Shown here: positions 31,545 to 33,083 of the stretch, piece after piece | How positions within the stretch are numbered: position 1 is the stretch's first letter | Layout: each line of letters begins with the position of its first letter | Assembly: GCA_963804955.1 (NCBI GenBank) | Contig: CAWDSQ010000015.1 | Coordinates: 1-33,083 of the forward strand | Length of the DNA stretch: 33,083 nt | DNA from: an uncultured delta proteobacterium | GTDB taxonomy: Bacteria; Desulfobacterota; WTBG01; CAIYCZ01; CAIRTM01 | Direction of reading: 5' to 3' | Notes under the pieces: generated by a model | Seen by the model: only the letters and a program-made list of their open reading frames with translations | The model's database searches: none | What the model was told of the DNA's origin: nothing | Program-made: the position numbers and the translations under genes

Positions 31545-32421
31545 ATGATCTCAAAAGAAGTCTTAAAAAATATCCGCCGCATTCATATCCGCACCAATCA
31601 TATCGTCAATGATATTTTTGCGGGCGAATACGAAAGCGCGTTCCGCGGCCGCGGCATGGAGTTTGAGGAGGTGCGCGAATACGCGCCCGGCGACGATGTG
31701 CGCGACATCGACTGGAATGTCACGGCCCGCTTCGGCCACCCCTTTGTCAAGGTCTACCGCGAAGAGCGCGAGCTGACAATCATGCTGCTGGTTGACGTGA
31801 GCTCATCCTGCTTTTTCGGCACGCACAAGCAGCTCAAGCAGGAGCTTGCCGCAGAGATCGCCTCCGTGCTGGCCTTTGCCGCAACCAAAAGCAATGACAA
31901 GGTCGGCCTTATCATCTTCAGCGACCATATCGAAAAATTCATCCCGCCCAAAGAAGGGCAAGAACCATGTCTGGGCGGTCATCAAAAGCGTGCTTGAGCA
32001 TCAGCCCGTGTCGCGCAAAACCGATATCGCCGGCGCGCTCAGCTATCTCAACCGCGTGGCGCGGCGCAAGGCTGTCGCCTTTCTCATCTCCGATTTCATC
32101 GCCGCCGATTATGACAAGCCCCTGCGGGTGGCCGGCAAAAAGCATGATCTCATCCCCATATGCATAACCGACCCGCGCGAGCTTGACCTTCCCAAAGTGG
32201 GCCTGGTTGAGCTGCAGGATGCAGAAAGCGGCGAGACCATGCTCATCGACTCCTCTGACGCCGATTTCCGCACCGGCTACGGGCTTCTTGCCCGCAAGCG
32301 TCTGCAGGACCGCTTCGATCTCTTTCGCGCCTCGGGCATCGACGCTATCGACATCCGGACGAATGTGCCCTATATCGATCCGATCATGAAATTCTTCAGA
32401 ATGCGGGAGAAACGGCTATGA
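31545..32421 (+). CDS. DUF58 domain protein (frameshift near 31950)
   Basis: GEYESAFRGRGMEFEEVREYAPGDDVRDIDWNVTAR, VDVSSS, FLISDF. Confidence 0.92.
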
Positions 32422-33083
32422 ACAAATCATCGCTGATTATAAGCATTGCAAGCCTGTGCGTGGCGATAGCCGCGCTGCTGCTGGTGTACACAACCGGCGG
32501 CCGGACAGCTACGGGCCAGGCCTGGACAGCCGAGAACCAGCGCGAGCTTGCAAACAAACTCAAAAGCGCGGGACTTGCGCGGCAGGCTGCGCAGGAATAT
32601 GAGCAGTATATCAAAGAGCGCGGCTCGAGCCAAAACAGCTTGCAGGCCTGTGCTACACCATCGGCAAAATGTGCATGGAAGCCGGCGACTATGAGAAGGC
32701 CCTTGCCTGGCTCTACCGCGTGGAGCTTGCCGATCCGCAGACAAAGCCTGAAGGCGGAGCTCGGCTCAAGCATCATCAACTGCCTTGAGCGCACGGGCCG
32801 CCACAGCGCCGCCGAGTATGCCCTGGCCAAACGCACCTCGGCAACCGACAATGCCACGCGCTCTGGCGGCACGGTAGTAGCGGAAATCGGCAGTGATAAG
32901 GTGTATCTTGAGGATATCAATGAATCCTTTGACAGCCTGCCCGACTGGATGCGCAAGCAGTTTGAAGGCAACAGTCAAAAGCCGAATTTGCAAAAAAATA
33001 TATTGCCGATGAGCTTTTTTTTCGCAAAGCGCTGAAGCTGGAGCTTGATAAGGATGCCGACATCCGCAAAAAGGTGCAAATGG
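32418..33083 (+). CDS. Membrane-anchored TPR + SurA/PrsA N-terminal-like protein; partial, frameshifted
   Basis: TM anchor; TPR-like YTIGKMCMEAGDYEKALAWLYR; VVAEIGSDKVYLEDIN...YIADELFFRKALKLELDKDADIRKKV. Confidence 0.6.

Overview
Bacterial chromosomal segment, most likely from an anaerobic deltaproteobacterium (Desulfobacterota-like); this is inferred from gene content (coaD-aspC, tolQRA, AOR, PAS-LuxR, CFI-box-type C-terminal domain). Many genes are broken by single-base indels, including housekeeping genes such as dnaJ and moxR, which most likely reflects long-read assembly error. Left to right: tcdA-like/tatD/stand-alone LigD phosphoesterase, DUF488, a secreted FecR/DUF6600-like protein with a 51-bp tandem array, tRNA-His and tRNA-Arg, rmuC, a GldAFG-like ABC system, an AT-richer islet with a DEDDy exonuclease plus RecQ-PRTase, tolQRA, aspC, coaD, a W/Mo aldehyde:ferredoxin oxidoreductase, a strongly diverged HemF-like gene, a PAS-PAS-LuxR regulator, a large secreted ferrochelatase-fold protein, Pif1-WYL, dnaJ, and a BatD-like/MoxR/DUF58/TPR-foldase cluster. 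The best candidate for an undescribed system is 18.5-26 kb. Two heme-biosynthesis paralogs there, both with rewritten active sites and one of them exported, flank a sensor-regulator next to an AOR, suggesting a repurposed tetrapyrrole or small-molecule binding/catabolic module. All family assignments were made by eye from motifs; no database search was run.
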